Shown here: in pieces, positions 1 through 53,470 of the stretch
Numbering within the stretch: position 1 is the first letter of the stretch
Layout of the letters: each line of letters starts with the position of its first letter
From: the human T2T-CHM13v2.0 reference genome, Homo sapiens
Assembly: GCF_009914755.1 (NCBI RefSeq)
Contig: NC_060943.1
Strand: one strand, 5' to 3'
DNA: 64,000 nt
Notes under the pieces: generated by a model
Told to the model about the DNA's origin: nothing
Database searches by the model: none
The model's input: only the letters and a program-made list of their open reading frames with translations
Made by a program: the position numbers and the translations under genes

Positions 1-965
1 AAATAACTTTTCTTTAGTTCCTGCCTAAGAGGGGAATTTGGACACTTTGTAGCTTGTGAGTTTTTGACTTTTGATCTGTCCCCTTCCCCTCAGGTTGGCA
101 TTTTCTTTGCTTCCAGGAGGAGCCTGAGACAAGCTGGCATCTCTGGAAGTCGGGGACTTCCCAACCAGAGAGTTTAGGTTTGGAGTCTTCAGGGGAATTA
201 AGAGGGCAGGGAGCGATTCACCTCAGAATAGAGATGGGTAAAATCTGATAAATCAGAGTTGTGCCTTTTCCAGAGTCAGGGAAGCTGGGTTAGAGAGGGT
301 GAGATTCCCTCAGCCTGTTGGTGATCTTTGAAAAGCCCTTTGTCCATGCCCACACCTGATAGATACCCAGCCAGTTACTAATCAGATGGCTGGCTGCATA
401 CCTGAGATCTCCACCAGGGTCACTACCCGACCATCCATCCTCTACCCAGCATTGTGGGTCTAGCTTGAAGTAATTTAAAGAGCCCTTGGAGTCCTATCAG
501 TAGGTTAGGAGTCACACTGCCCAGCTCTCAGAGAAGGTGGCCAGAAACCAGCAAGGTCAGAGATGTGCTGTGCTTAGTCATGTCACCTTGGGCCAGATCG
601 CCATCAATTCATATCTTTTCTCATAATTTGCAGCCTACTATTTCCCACTTCTGAAAAATTTTTCCAATATATTTTCTGTGTTAAATCCGCTTCCTTTGAC
701 ACTATGACAGCCAGGTGTGAGGGCCAACATCTCCTTGGTCTCTGGGATAGGCATCTAAGTCCCAGTCACGCCTTTTCTCTGGATCTGAAGATTTGGGTGA
801 AAGTAGCTTTAATATCTGGTGTTGGCTTCATGTTTCTTCCAGGAGCTCAGCAGAGCAAGTACCCTGAAAGAGAAAGGCATGAGGCCTTCATGCCCCCTCA
901 ACCCACACTCACCAGGCAAGTTTCAGCCCCTTCTTTCTGTTTGACCCCTTTGCTTCCTTTTTCAG

Positions 966-1170
966 GAAACTGGAGAGGCGTGGCTGGACCAAGACCTCCC
1001 CCCATGTGAGCAGGCTTCCTCCTCCCCCAACAACCGTTGCCACCACGCCCAGAAACGTCCTTAAGCCCTGGCCCTCAGGGGAAAGGTAACAGGAGGCCAG
1101 AGCCGGGACCATGTGACGGCGCTGGCCCTCGCCACCGCCGTCCCCCGACCCTGGCCCCAGGCCCGGCACC
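966..1170 (+). other. SAMD4B: SAMD4B 5' UTR portion of the start-codon exon (upstream UTR exons lie outside the window)
   Basis: Polypyrimidine tract and ttcag acceptor ending at 965, continuous with ATG at 1171 (ggcaccATG). Confidence 0.75.
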
Positions 1171-27804
<26,634 letters not shown>

Positions 27805-29150
27805 CGGGACCCACAGCCCAGCGCACCCATAGGCTCCCTGGGCGGCGGGCGGGGGCCAACCCCCAACGGGCTTCTCCGCGACAGCGAGAGGGTGGGCTGG
27901 CTCAGCTATATATTCTAATATTTTTCTACTCTCTTACCCTCTTAACTTTTGTTTAACATTGGCACATGCCTTGCTCACTCCCAGGCCCGTCGAGGGATCT
28001 CTGCTGAGGCCCGGGGAGTTGGGGGCAGCCAGGATAAAGGGGGCAGGGACTGGCCAGACTGCCTGCCTCTCTCCTTTCCTTCCTCATCCCCACCTGGTCC
28101 CATCCCACCCCTGCCTCCTCCAGACCGCTGACCACCTGCCTCTCCCCAAGGGAGCAGACTCCCCAGAGACAAACTGACCACTACCTTGTGGAGCCTGCTC
28201 AGAAACATTTGACATTTGGGGTGACGCGCAGGGCAGAGAACCTGCCCTCCAGAATGTTATTGAGAGGAGCTGGGGAGAAGGAAGGGGAGCAAGGAGAGGA
28301 AGCTCTCTCTCCTCTCCCTGCTTCCCCTTCACCATTCCCCACATTCTGCAAGGACAGGAGCCACCTTCCTCTCTCTCACCTCCCCTGGCCCTGTTCACCA
28401 GAGGTTCTCTATGATTAATTTCTTAGGCCTATTTAAGATACATATTTATATAGTTCTTAACGGTTTTTCTCTGATCATTTCCTCTCATTTTTAGAATCCC
28501 CAGGTCTCTCTCAGCCAAGACAGTGGCAGGGAGAGCCTGAACTTTATGAGGGGAGAGGGCAGAGCCCCCTCCTCCAGACCCTCAAGCTCTAACCCATTTT
28601 CCTCCAGCCCTGGCTACCCGGATGAAGAGGTTGGAGGTGGGCAGCCAGGGTAGCCAGTGAGGTCAGGAAGTCTGTTGCCTTAACGTCCCCTTCCCCACGA
28701 ACACACACCCTTCTCCGCTCCCAGGTCTGGTTGGTGAGACTTGGGAGTCAGGAATAAGGGAAAGGGGATTGTTTGGTTTTTGGGTTTTTCCCTAAGCCCC
28801 TCCCTTTTCTTTCAGCCTTTTTCCTTCCCCCATTATGTCATGACCTCACTTAAGTGGAACACTATATCATAACCCAGAGATTCGTCCCAGCCCCAGAGTC
28901 CGACAGACTGTCTGGTCCCTATTCCTAATGAGGGGTTGTGTTGGGGCCCAGGTGGAGGGAGGGGATTTGGGGGTTCAGACTGCGGGGAAGCCAGGGTCTC
29001 CCTCTTCAACGCCCTCCTCCCCCTCAACCCACCTTCCCAACTGGGACATTCTCAAGCTTTTCACACCGAAAAGGAAAAAAAATGTTATTTTTAGATACAT
29101 TTTATGAATAACTTTTGTTATGAATATGGCTGGTAACCATTGTGTATGTT

Positions 29151-29156
29151 ATTAAA
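29151..29156 (+). terminator. Probable SAMD4B polyadenylation signal ATTAAA
   Basis: ATTAAA in an AU-rich block about 1.35 kb after the stop; followed by a genomic A-rich run (internal-priming caveat). Confidence 0.5.
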
Positions 29157-30143
29157 GATACAAAATGTTGGGAAAAAAACAAAAAAACCAAAAAAAAAAA
29201 AAATTTTAAAACCACCACCCTCCCTGCACTATCACCCCATTCCCCAGACCTTCTTGCCCCCGCCCTCCTGGTCTGTGGACTTCCCTCTGCTCTGAGCCCA
29301 GGGAGGGGGAAGAAGCCAGGGGGTAGGGTGGCCCTGGGAACCTGGCTCTGGGTCCCCACTTCCTCTCCCAGTGCCGGGCTGGGTGGGGTGTCAGGTTTAT
29401 TTATGTACCTCTTGCACACTCATCAACCTATGCAAGTCCCCCACCCCGGCCCTCCATGTTTCTGTGCCTTTGCTCATCCCCTCAATCTCCCAGGGCTTCT
29501 CCAGTCCCCCTCCCACTAGCTGCAGGAAGTGGGATGGATGGGCCACCTCGTTTGGAATCAGCAGGGTGTCCCTCTCATGGGACCCTCCCCTCTCCCCAGC
29601 CTGTCCTGTCTTGTTCACTCTCCATCAGGGTGAGCTGACTGTGCCTGGCACTGGGAGGTGGTGAGGGACACCGTCTCACACACACAGGGAGGCAAGAGCT
29701 GCCCCCCACCCCACCTGACAGCAGAGTGTGCAGGACGCAGGCGGCCCCACTCTGATGGGCAGGACCCTGACCCTCTCCCGCTCCAGCCCCCTCCCCAGGC
29801 CCTCCTCCATGATTTCACCCTCCCTACCCACTTCTGTCCCCGGCCCCACTGGCAGAATCAGCTTTGAGTAACTGTACAGTTTTTCTCGCTGTTGGAGAAG
29901 ACTTATTTGTTGGAGTTTCACTTGTTTAATGGTCTGGGCTTATTTTGGAAAAAAAAAAAACAAACAAAAAAAACGAATTCTGACCTTCGTTGTGCTACAT
30001 TTTGTGGGAAACCATTGGCCCTGCCTCTGGCCTGTGTTTCTAAGCCTCAAGCCAAGATCCTTGAGCACCTGGGGGTTGCGGGAGGTATGTGCTGGGCTGA
30101 ATGACATCATAGGGGCTGGGAGGGGAAGTAAAGAGAAGTTGAC

Positions 30144-30149
30144 TTTATT
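30144..30149 (-). terminator. PAF1 polyadenylation signal AATAAA
   Basis: tttatt on the + strand about 120 nt after the PAF1 stop. Confidence 0.85.
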
Positions 30150-30267
30150 AACAGCAAAGGTTTGGGGGTGGGGAACAAACAAGTGAAAGGCTCACAAACA
30201 GACCACTAGAAAAGTGCTTTGCTGCTCACAATAATGGTGTCTGAACCAGCCCTGAATGCCCTGGGAC

Positions 30268-35144
<4,877 letters not shown>

Positions 35145-35702
35145 AGCGACGAGGCGACGGCAGCCCGGACGGGGTCCTAGCGGGACCGAAGGGGGACGCA
35201 GAGGGGCGTGCCGACTTCAGGGGACGCCTGATCCGAGGAAGGCCCAGCTTGGCGCCGCTCCCCGCGGAAAGTGGGTTGAGATGAGGTGGGCGGGCGAGAA
35301 GAGCTCCAGCGAGACTCAGGTGAACGCGCAGGCAGCACCGGGGACGGACTCGAAGCTCCGGTTCCACCAACTGCCGCCAAGACGCTGAGGACCCAACGGG
35401 TCTCCTCAGGCCGCGACGCCTTCGGGGAAATGAAGTCCGGCTCGGAACCACACACGGATTGGCGAGCGTCTGGGTGAAGGGCGGAGCGAGGGAGAGAGGT
35501 GCTTCTGTGATTGGTGGAGAGATATCTCAGTCTGGACGCAGATTTGAGAGTGACGTAACGTTGGGGCACCTCCTTCCCCTCCATTGGCTTAATTGCCTAG
35601 GGGGCGGGACTAACTAGCAAACGGGGACTAGAAATAGGGATGCTGAAAAGCAACGGGGAGAGACGCAGTCGTAACGCACTTCCGGCGGTCTACGCGAGGA
35701 AG

Positions 35703-41982
<6,280 letters not shown>

Positions 41983-43535
41983 AGTGGGGGACAGGGAGTG
42001 GGGCAGGCAGTGGTTGGTGGGTGGTGTGCAAAGGGAATGAAGAGCGTCCTGGGCCTAAACACAGCAGCCTCCTCTCTTCCTGCCTGAGCACCGCAGCGGG
42101 AGCCAGCAGGGGGCAGCAGAGGCCAACAGGGAGCTCGCAGGCCGGGCCCCTGCGTCCCTGCCCCTTCTTCCTGCTCCCCCTCCTAGCCTAGGGTAGACTT
42201 TGAACTGTGTGTGTTGATGACTTCTCTGTTCCACAGGCCCTCCCCCATTCTTGCCTGGGTGTGGAGCCCTGGCTGTCCCCTCTCCCTCAGTCCTTCCTGA
42301 CTGTCTCCAGCTGGGAGGTGGTCTCTGTGTGCCACTCCTCTGTGTCTCTATTACAGTTGTGTCTCTCTCATCCTGTCTCTTTTTCCCTTGTTTCTCTGTT
42401 CCTGTTAATGTGTTTCTCCCCATGGTCCTATTTCTCTCACTCTGACCTCTCTCTCTTAGTCCCCTTTAGCTGTCTTCTATCCCCAGCTCCTAACTGGGAC
42501 TCTGTGTCTATGCAGGGGGCCAGCACCCCTGGGTTATCTGGGGCTAAGGGAAGGGACTTCATTTCCAGGGGCCACAGCCAAGCCCAGAGTCCCCCAGCGG
42601 CTCGCATGTCAGCCCAGACCCCAGGGTCCTTGGCCTAGGAGAGGAGCAGTGGAGGGGCCCAGGCTCTGAGCTCCACAGGTCTGAGCTGGGAGCAACTCAG
42701 GCCCCCACCCAAGCCTGCGTCAGCGGAACTTGAGTGAGGGGCGTTGTGCAATTTGTGGCAAGGCTGGCCCAGCTGGATGCCTGGGTCCCAGTATTTTTAG
42801 CCCCAAAGGAGAAGTGAAAAGGCCCCAGCCGGGGTGAATCATCAGTCCTGGGGAAGAACCCAGGCGCCTGAGCCCCAGCTCCGGGAAGCAGGCACTGGGG
42901 AGGGGGCTTCAAGGAGGGAGTGCCCCCTCAGACTCCCTGCTTCCCTGGAAGCTTCAGGAAGCTCAGCCTCAGCCTTCAGGCCTGAGCAAGTGCAGGGCGG
43001 AGCTACCAGCCCAGGCTCAGATGTTGGGGTGTGAAAGCCTCAAGTGACTCAGCCTGGTTGGAGAACTGCCCCACCCAGTATCTTCTGTGCCATGGTTCCC
43101 ACATTCGCACTCCATGGCCTCCTGTCCTGGACCCCACGTCTGCAAGGAAACCCTAGGACCATGGATACCTCTGTGATTCACGCTGAGCCCAAGTCCCCAC
43201 ACTGGAAAACTGGGAAATGGCCAGCTGTGTGTCCCAGGAAATTCCTCCCCTTATTCTTCCTTGAAGTGCCCGAGCATGTAGGGCAAGAAGGAAGGCTGAA
43301 GCGCTGTCCCTAGGAGGAATTTCTCCTTCAGGGAAGCCTCAGTTTTGCCCATTTATCTAATTGAATCAGTTTTTTACCCAATCCCCCGATTTTGTAGGAT
43401 AATCTCCCTTATCTAAAGTCAACTGATTATGGACTTTAATCACATCTACAAAACACTTCCATGGCGACAGCTAGATGAGTGTTTGAATAACTGGGACTGT
43501 AGCCCGTCCAAGTTGACACATAAAACTGACCATCG

Positions 43536-45259
<1,724 letters not shown>

Positions 45260-47299
45260 TGACAGAGGTCAAGGAAGGCCTCACTGAGAAGGCGATATTA
45301 GAGCAGCCCCGAAGGAGAGGGAATGAGCTTGGGGACATCCACACATCCAGGCAAGAGTGCTCCAGACAGAGGGAACTGCAAGTGCCAGGGACCTGGGACA
45401 GGAATGTGCTGGGATTTATGGAACACATAAAAAGGAGGCTTGGGCACAATGAGGGAGCAGGGATAGGAGAGGAAATCCAGACAGGTCACAGAGGGCCTTG
45501 GTGAGGACTTGGGTTTGCTAGGTAACTAAACCCAGAGGGAGACTACACAGTCTGGTGCACACTGCATGCTCCAGGGACGGGGTGTACGTGAGGTGCACAG
45601 CCACCACAAAACAGACCGTGGGGACTCCAGCACACAGCATGTCTGCCCCACTGCAGAGCTAACCCACCATCCTACAATCATGGTGCCCCCAGGGACCCCA
45701 TCCCATTGACAGTCCCACAAACATACTTTCAGGGAGCAACCCAGCCACATGAATACACAAACAACCCTCTAACCACCACTTTACCAGATAAGCTATCTCT
45801 CACCCCATCGCAGACTTTGCCCATCACAGGCTGACTCAGCCCTGTCCTTAGCCCAGCACTATCAGAAGCAGCCTCATCGGCGCTGCCCCAGCTTCTCAGG
45901 TACTCATGTCTGCACGTCTGCTCTGCCCACAGAGGCCGACACAAGAACAGTGACATGGAGGGGGGAGCTCGCCAGCTACTCTCCCCATCACGCAGGCTGT
46001 AGACGTCAGAAACCAAAGTTCATCGGTTTCTCTGCCTTGTGACTCGGGCCACAGGAACTGCATTCAGACGCCGGCCTGCTGTGGTCTGCACATGCAGTCT
46101 CAGACACCCACGACAAAGGACGTGGACATATGTGAACACTTCACACACCCAGGGACTACACACACTGAGCCACAAAGGCCTTGCACACGGCCACAGCTGC
46201 AGAGTCACAGATGCTGACACAGCTTCAAATGTGTGTGCCGGGTGTGGTGGCACGTGCCTTTAGTCCCAACTACCTGGGAGGCTGAAGTGGAAGGATCGAT
46301 TCAGCCTGGGAGGTCAAGGCTGCACTCCAGCCTGGGCAACAGAGCGAGACCCTGTCTCAAAGCAACACACACACACAAAGTTGTGTGTGCACACAGCCTC
46401 AGTCACAGGGGAGGGCAGTCATTCCCTCACCCAGGCACCTGCGCGGAGTTACACACACTTAGTCACTGCAGATCCCACAGTGGCTCAGAGCTACGCACAG
46501 ATATGCAGGTGGGGATGAAAATCTCATGTTCTTAAGAATGCCGCCTCAGAGACAAATTGCAGTACAGTTACAACAGAGCATCCACCCCACACCCAGAGAT
46601 GGCCAAAGTACACACGGTACAGTCGATCACACAGGCGGTTTCACACATTGATTCACACAGCCAAGTCATGCGGGATTGTATGCACACAGCCTTCTCACAG
46701 GAAACTGGGCACACTCGTGTCCCTCACGTTCCCCCACTGCATACCCAGGCACACAGGCTCTCGCAGCCCCAGATGCCAAGGCGCACACCTTTGCACCCGC
46801 AAGCACACATACTGTTCACACAACCGGGTACACATGACGGCTAGCCCAGGCCCGCCGCCCACGCAGTCGCAGGCCAGGGTACACACGGCCAGCGCCGCCC
46901 TTGGCCACGCCCGCTCAGGCCCAGGCAATCGCGCCAGGCGCACACACGGCGCGAGCACACGTGCCGCGGGTACACGATCCCCAGCTCGCCCGCGCACTCG
47001 GCCAGCTCTCACACCCCCGCGTTTCCCGTCCCCGCTTGTTTTTCTGGAAACTCTGCTCTCCCCTCCCCTCCCCCTAGGCCGGAAGTGTTGGCTGTATTTT
47101 TAGCCTCTCTGGTTTCCGCCCCTTTCCTTCTTTCCCCGCCCGCCCAGGACTGGCCCCAGCGCCCCGCGGGGGGACCCCGGCCATCCCCTTCCCCACCGTC
47201 ATTCCAGAGGGGATTCCCGGCCGCCGCTGGGGCCGCGGATTTTCCCGCTGGCTACGTAGGGAGCAGGGAGGAGTCCTGCCATGAACTTCCTTCTGGCCT

Positions 47300-47790
47300 G
47301 GGACGCCCGAGATCTGAGGGGAGGGCTGAGGGCCTGGTCTCCTGGATCTGATCGAGGACAGGCTGGGGGTCTCCCGGGTCTGAGGGAGGAGGAGTTAGGG
47401 GCCTGAACCGCTGGATCTGAGGGAGGAGGAGATGGGGGCCTGGACCCCTGGGTCTGAGGGAGGAGGGGCTGGGGTCTCGGGGGACCTGAGGATCTGAGGG
47501 AGGAGGGGCTGGAGGCCTGGACCCCTGGGTCTGAGGGAGGGGGGGTTGGGAGTCTCCCGGGTCTGAAGGAGGAGGAGTTAGGGGCCTGGACCCCTGGATC
47601 TGAGGGAGGAGGAGCTGGGGGCCTGGACCCCTGGTTCCGAGGGAGGAGGGGCTGGGGGCCTGGACCCCTGGATCCGAGGGAGGGGGATGCTGGGGGCCTG
47701 GAGTCCTGGGTCTGAGGGAGGAGGGGCTGGGGACCCAGGGCCCTGGGTTACTGCGAGGGAGGAGGGACTGAGGCCTTGGCTCCTGGGTCC
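47300..47790. repeat. MSR1-type chromosome-19 minisatellite, ~37-bp unit, ~11-12 copies
   Basis: Repeating GGGCCTGGACCCCTGGGTCTGAGGGAGGAGGGGCT; tctgaggg anchors spaced mostly 37 nt apart (47379, 47416, 47453, 47493, 47530, 47562, 47599, 47636, 47673, 47711). Confidence 0.85.
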
Positions 47791-48655
47791 CCCAGGTCTG
47801 TGGGTTTGGGGAGGTGGAGGACCAGTCCTTCTGCGAGCAAAGCATCCCCCTCCTTTGAGAGTGGCCCTATCCCAAAAGTCCTGACTCTTGGGGCCGATGA
47901 CTCAGCAGATGGGAGAGAGGAGGGGGACAGCCTGACTCAGGGATGGGAAATGCTCCCGGTCTCCAGGGAGTAGAAACTGGAATCCCTCCTCCAGGATTGA
48001 TCGCAGCCCGAGCTGAGCCGGGCTCCGCGAACCCAAGGATGCCCCCAACCCCCCTTTCCCCGCCTCAATCCTTTAAGCTGCGTAAGGATTTGGAGATCGG
48101 CCTAGAGGCGGGTCCCAGGTCCCCCTCCTCCCCCCTTTTTCCCCGTTGTCCTCAAGGCTCTGTTTACAGGAGACGGGAGCCCTGGTTACAGGAGAGGAAC
48201 CCGAGTGTCCGGGCTGAACCTCCTCGTCACGGCTTCCAGGAAGCCCCCACTCCCCCGCCCCTTGCGAGTGAGTCACGGGCGAGCAGGAGGCCACAACCGT
48301 GCCAGAGCCGCCCGCGGCCCGCCCAGCTCACGAGACCGGCCCGGGAAGGCCCCTCAGCAAGCGCCGCACCAGGGATTCCCCCCCGCCGCTCTCGGACGAA
48401 GCAGGTCGACGTGGAGCCTGGCAGAATCTCCCCACCTTAATACAAGCCCGCAGCCTGCAAGAATGAACTTTCCACCATTATAACTGCGCACTGTGGCAAT
48501 GATTTCTACCCCCACATTTTCACTCAGGGCATCCAGCTCTCCAGCACCCCTTAGAAAATAGTCTTCCTAGATCTTAAGAGGGTTTTCACTTAGGGCGACC
48601 CTTTGATAACAAAAGATGTGCCAGTGTGGGGAATGATCCTTGAAAATGTAGTCTG

Positions 48656-50550
<1,895 letters not shown>

Positions 50551-50899
50551 CCTTTCTGTTTCTTTTTGTGATCCTCCCAACCCTCTTCTCCCTCTGAATC
50601 TGTCTCTGGGACTGTCTCTGTCTCCCCGTCTTCCCTCCCTTCCTCACCCTGTCTATCTCTCTCTGTATGTCTCTTGGTGTGTGTGTCTCTCTCGATGTTT
50701 TTCTCTCTGCCTGTCTGCCTGTCTGTACCCCTCTGCGTCTCTCCCCGCCCCCATCCGTCTGTGTCGCACGCGCACCCCCATCGGGCTTCTGCTCTTGTCA
50801 ATTGCCCCTGGGGCCCTGCCCCCACCTCCGCCCCAGTTTCCTTCTACAAGCCTCAGTCTCCAGCTTTGAAAACTGGGCAGGCGTCCCCCCATCCGCACC

Positions 50900-51166
50900 C
50901 CCACCCCTTCCCCACGCATTCCCCGCTCGGTCGCGGCTGTCCACCGGCCAAGCTCAGGCGCGTCCTGGCCCAGGGCCGGGCGGAAGGGAACCAGTCCAGG
51001 GCCAGCCAGGCTGCGCCGGGGGCGCGCGTCCGGGAAGCGCCCCTCCTGCCCCGCCCCCGGCCCCGGCCCCGGCCCCGCCCCGTGCTTGCAGTTTCCTATA
51101 AGTAGCCGGCTCTCGGTGCCAGCCTCAGCCTGACTTCAGCGCTCCCACTCTCGGCCGACACCCCTC
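50900..51166 (+). promoter_or_regulatory. ZFP36: ZFP36 proximal promoter: GC boxes and TATA box
   Basis: CpG-rich; Sp1/EGR-type GC repeats 51049-51081; TATAAG at 51097-51102, about 70 nt before the first ATG. Confidence 0.85.
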
Positions 51167-51184
51167 ATGGCCAACCGTTACACC

Positions 51185-52979
51185 ATGGATCTGACTGCCA
51201 TCTACGAGGTGAGTCCCCGCCGCACGGCATCCCCGGTACCTGCATGCCTGAGTCCGAGTCCCCACCTCTCTAGCGCCGCAAACTCCAGCCCGGGACGCTT
51301 GCCTCCCTTCTCCAACTGGGGCTCCCTAGCGCCGCGCCCTCCAGCCTGGGGCCCCTGCCTCCCGCTCAGACCAGCTTGGTGATTTGGAGGTGAAAATGGA
51401 ACCCGCGACACCCGGCTCTTCGCTCAAACATGGGTGGGGCGGCCCATGCAAGTGGAAAGTCGGAGAACTTTTCTCAGACCGAGGCTGCCTGGAGGCGGAA
51501 GTGGCCCCCATACCTGGCTCACCCCTAGTCGTTGCTGAGGGCGTGGTTTTGCGCGGAGGCGTCTCTGGGGCTGAAGTCTCAGGGTGGGGGGATCCGACTT
51601 CTGTCTCTCCAGTCCCTGACCGTAGAGACAGAGAACCCTAAAACCGAAGCAATCCGGACTTCCAGGTCAACTTTGCCCGGTTTCTCCAGTTGTGAAACTG
51701 GAGATCCCGACGCGTGGGTCATATCCGGGGAGGACAAGAGACCCAAAATTGGGAAACAGTGGTGCGCCCTGACTTCGGGGTCCCCCTCTTGGTCCAGCCG
51801 GGGAAGCCGGGATTCCTGGGTCCCTCGGGATAAGGCCTCGGTGGTGGGTAAACTCAGAACCTCCAACTCTGGGTTCCTGGCATCCGGAACCCAGGGGTTT
51901 CTGCGGGCGGGTGGGGCTCAGGCGGGGAGCCCACAAACCGGCCTGGCAAGCTCTAGTTCCCTGCAGCTGGGGTGGGGCGTCGCCCTGCATTTTCAGGTGC
52001 CTTAACCGACCCATTTCCGCAGAGCCTCCTGTCGCTGAGCCCTGACGTGCCCGTGCCATCCGACCATGGAGGGACTGAGTCCAGCCCAGGCTGGGGCTCC
52101 TCGGGACCCTGGAGCCTGAGCCCCTCCGACTCCAGCCCGTCTGGGGTCACCTCCCGCCTGCCTGGCCGCTCCACCAGCCTAGTGGAGGGCCGCAGCTGTG
52201 GCTGGGTGCCCCCACCCCCTGGCTTCGCACCGCTGGCTCCCCGCCTGGGCCCTGAGCTGTCACCCTCACCCACTTCGCCCACTGCAACCTCCACCACCCC
52301 CTCGCGCTACAAGACTGAGCTATGTCGGACCTTCTCAGAGAGTGGGCGCTGCCGCTACGGGGCCAAGTGCCAGTTTGCCCATGGCCTGGGCGAGCTGCGC
52401 CAGGCCAATCGCCACCCCAAATACAAGACGGAACTCTGTCACAAGTTCTACCTCCAGGGCCGCTGCCCCTACGGCTCTCGCTGCCACTTCATCCACAACC
52501 CTAGCGAAGACCTGGCGGCCCCGGGCCACCCTCCTGTGCTTCGCCAGAGCATCAGCTTCTCCGGCCTGCCCTCTGGCCGCCGGACCTCACCACCACCACC
52601 AGGCCTGGCCGGCCCTTCCCTGTCCTCCAGCTCCTTCTCGCCCTCCAGCTCCCCACCACCACCTGGGGACCTTCCACTGTCACCCTCTGCCTTCTCTGCT
52701 GCCCCTGGCACCCCCCTGGCTCGAAGAGACCCCACCCCAGTCTGTTGCCCCTCCTGCCGAAGGGCCACTCCTATCAGCGTCTGGGGGCCCTTGGGTGGCC
52801 TGGTTCGGACCCCCTCCGTACAGTCCCTGGGATCCGACCCTGATGAATATGCCAGCAGCGGCAGCAGCCTGGGGGGCTCTGACTCTCCCGTCTTCGAGGC
52901 GGGAGTTTTTGCACCACCCCAGCCCGTGGCAGCCCCCCGGCGACTCCCCATCTTCAATCGCATCTCTGTTTCTGAGTGA
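51185..52979 (+). CDS. ZFP36: Tristetraprolin (tandem CCCH zinc-finger ARE-binding mRNA decay factor), 326 aa; in-frame ATG at 51167 adds MANRYT
   Basis: Exon 1 51185-51208 (MDLTAIYE) + exon 2 52023-52979; two (R/K)YKTELC-x8-C-x5-C-x3-H fingers, PPPPG motifs, C-terminal CNOT1-binding [12 protein letters not shown]. Confidence 0.98.
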
Positions 52980-53470
52980 CAAAGTGACTGCCCGGTCAGA
53001 TCAGCTGGATCTCAGCGGGGAGCCACGTCTCTTGCACTGTGGTCTCTGCATGGACCCCAGGGCTGTGGGGACTTGGGGGACAGTAATCAAGTAATCCCCT
53101 TTTCCAGAATGCATTAACCCACTCCCCTGACCTCACGCTGGGGCAGGTCCCCAAGTGTGCAAGCTCAGTATTCATGATGGTGGGGGATGGAGTGTCTTCC
53201 GAGGTTCTTGGGGGAAAAAAAATTGTAGCATATTTAAGGGAGGCAATGAACCCTCTCCCCCACCTCTTCCCTGCCCAAATCTGTCTCCTAGAATCTTATG
53301 TGCTGTGAATAATAGGCCTTCACTGCCCCTCCAGTTTTTATAGACCTGAGGTTCCAGTGTCTCCTGGTAACTGGAACCTCTCCTGAGGGGGAATCCTGGT
53401 GCTCAAATTACCCTCCAAAAGCAAGTAGCCAAAGCCGTTGCCAAACCCCACCCATAAATCAATGGGCCCT

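Noticed and set aside
843-965. Possible extra SAMD4B 5' UTR mini-exon (acceptor at 842, GC donor at 916)
   Set aside because: The implied intron would be only 50 nt, too short for normal human splicing; an alternative acceptor cannot be supported from sequence alone.
46330-46840. CA-rich stretch with ORFs on both strands
   Set aside because: Degenerate low-complexity sequence with no coding or structural signal I can support.
47252-47845. 197-aa Pro-rich ORF with repeated PPPSDPG
   Set aside because: Read-through of the MSR1 minisatellite; no splice or promoter support.
51991-52005. Upstream tttcag acceptor as an entry into the ZFP36 +1 frame
   Set aside because: It reads GTG CCT TAA immediately, and another stop lies at 52180, so it cannot reach the long ORF.
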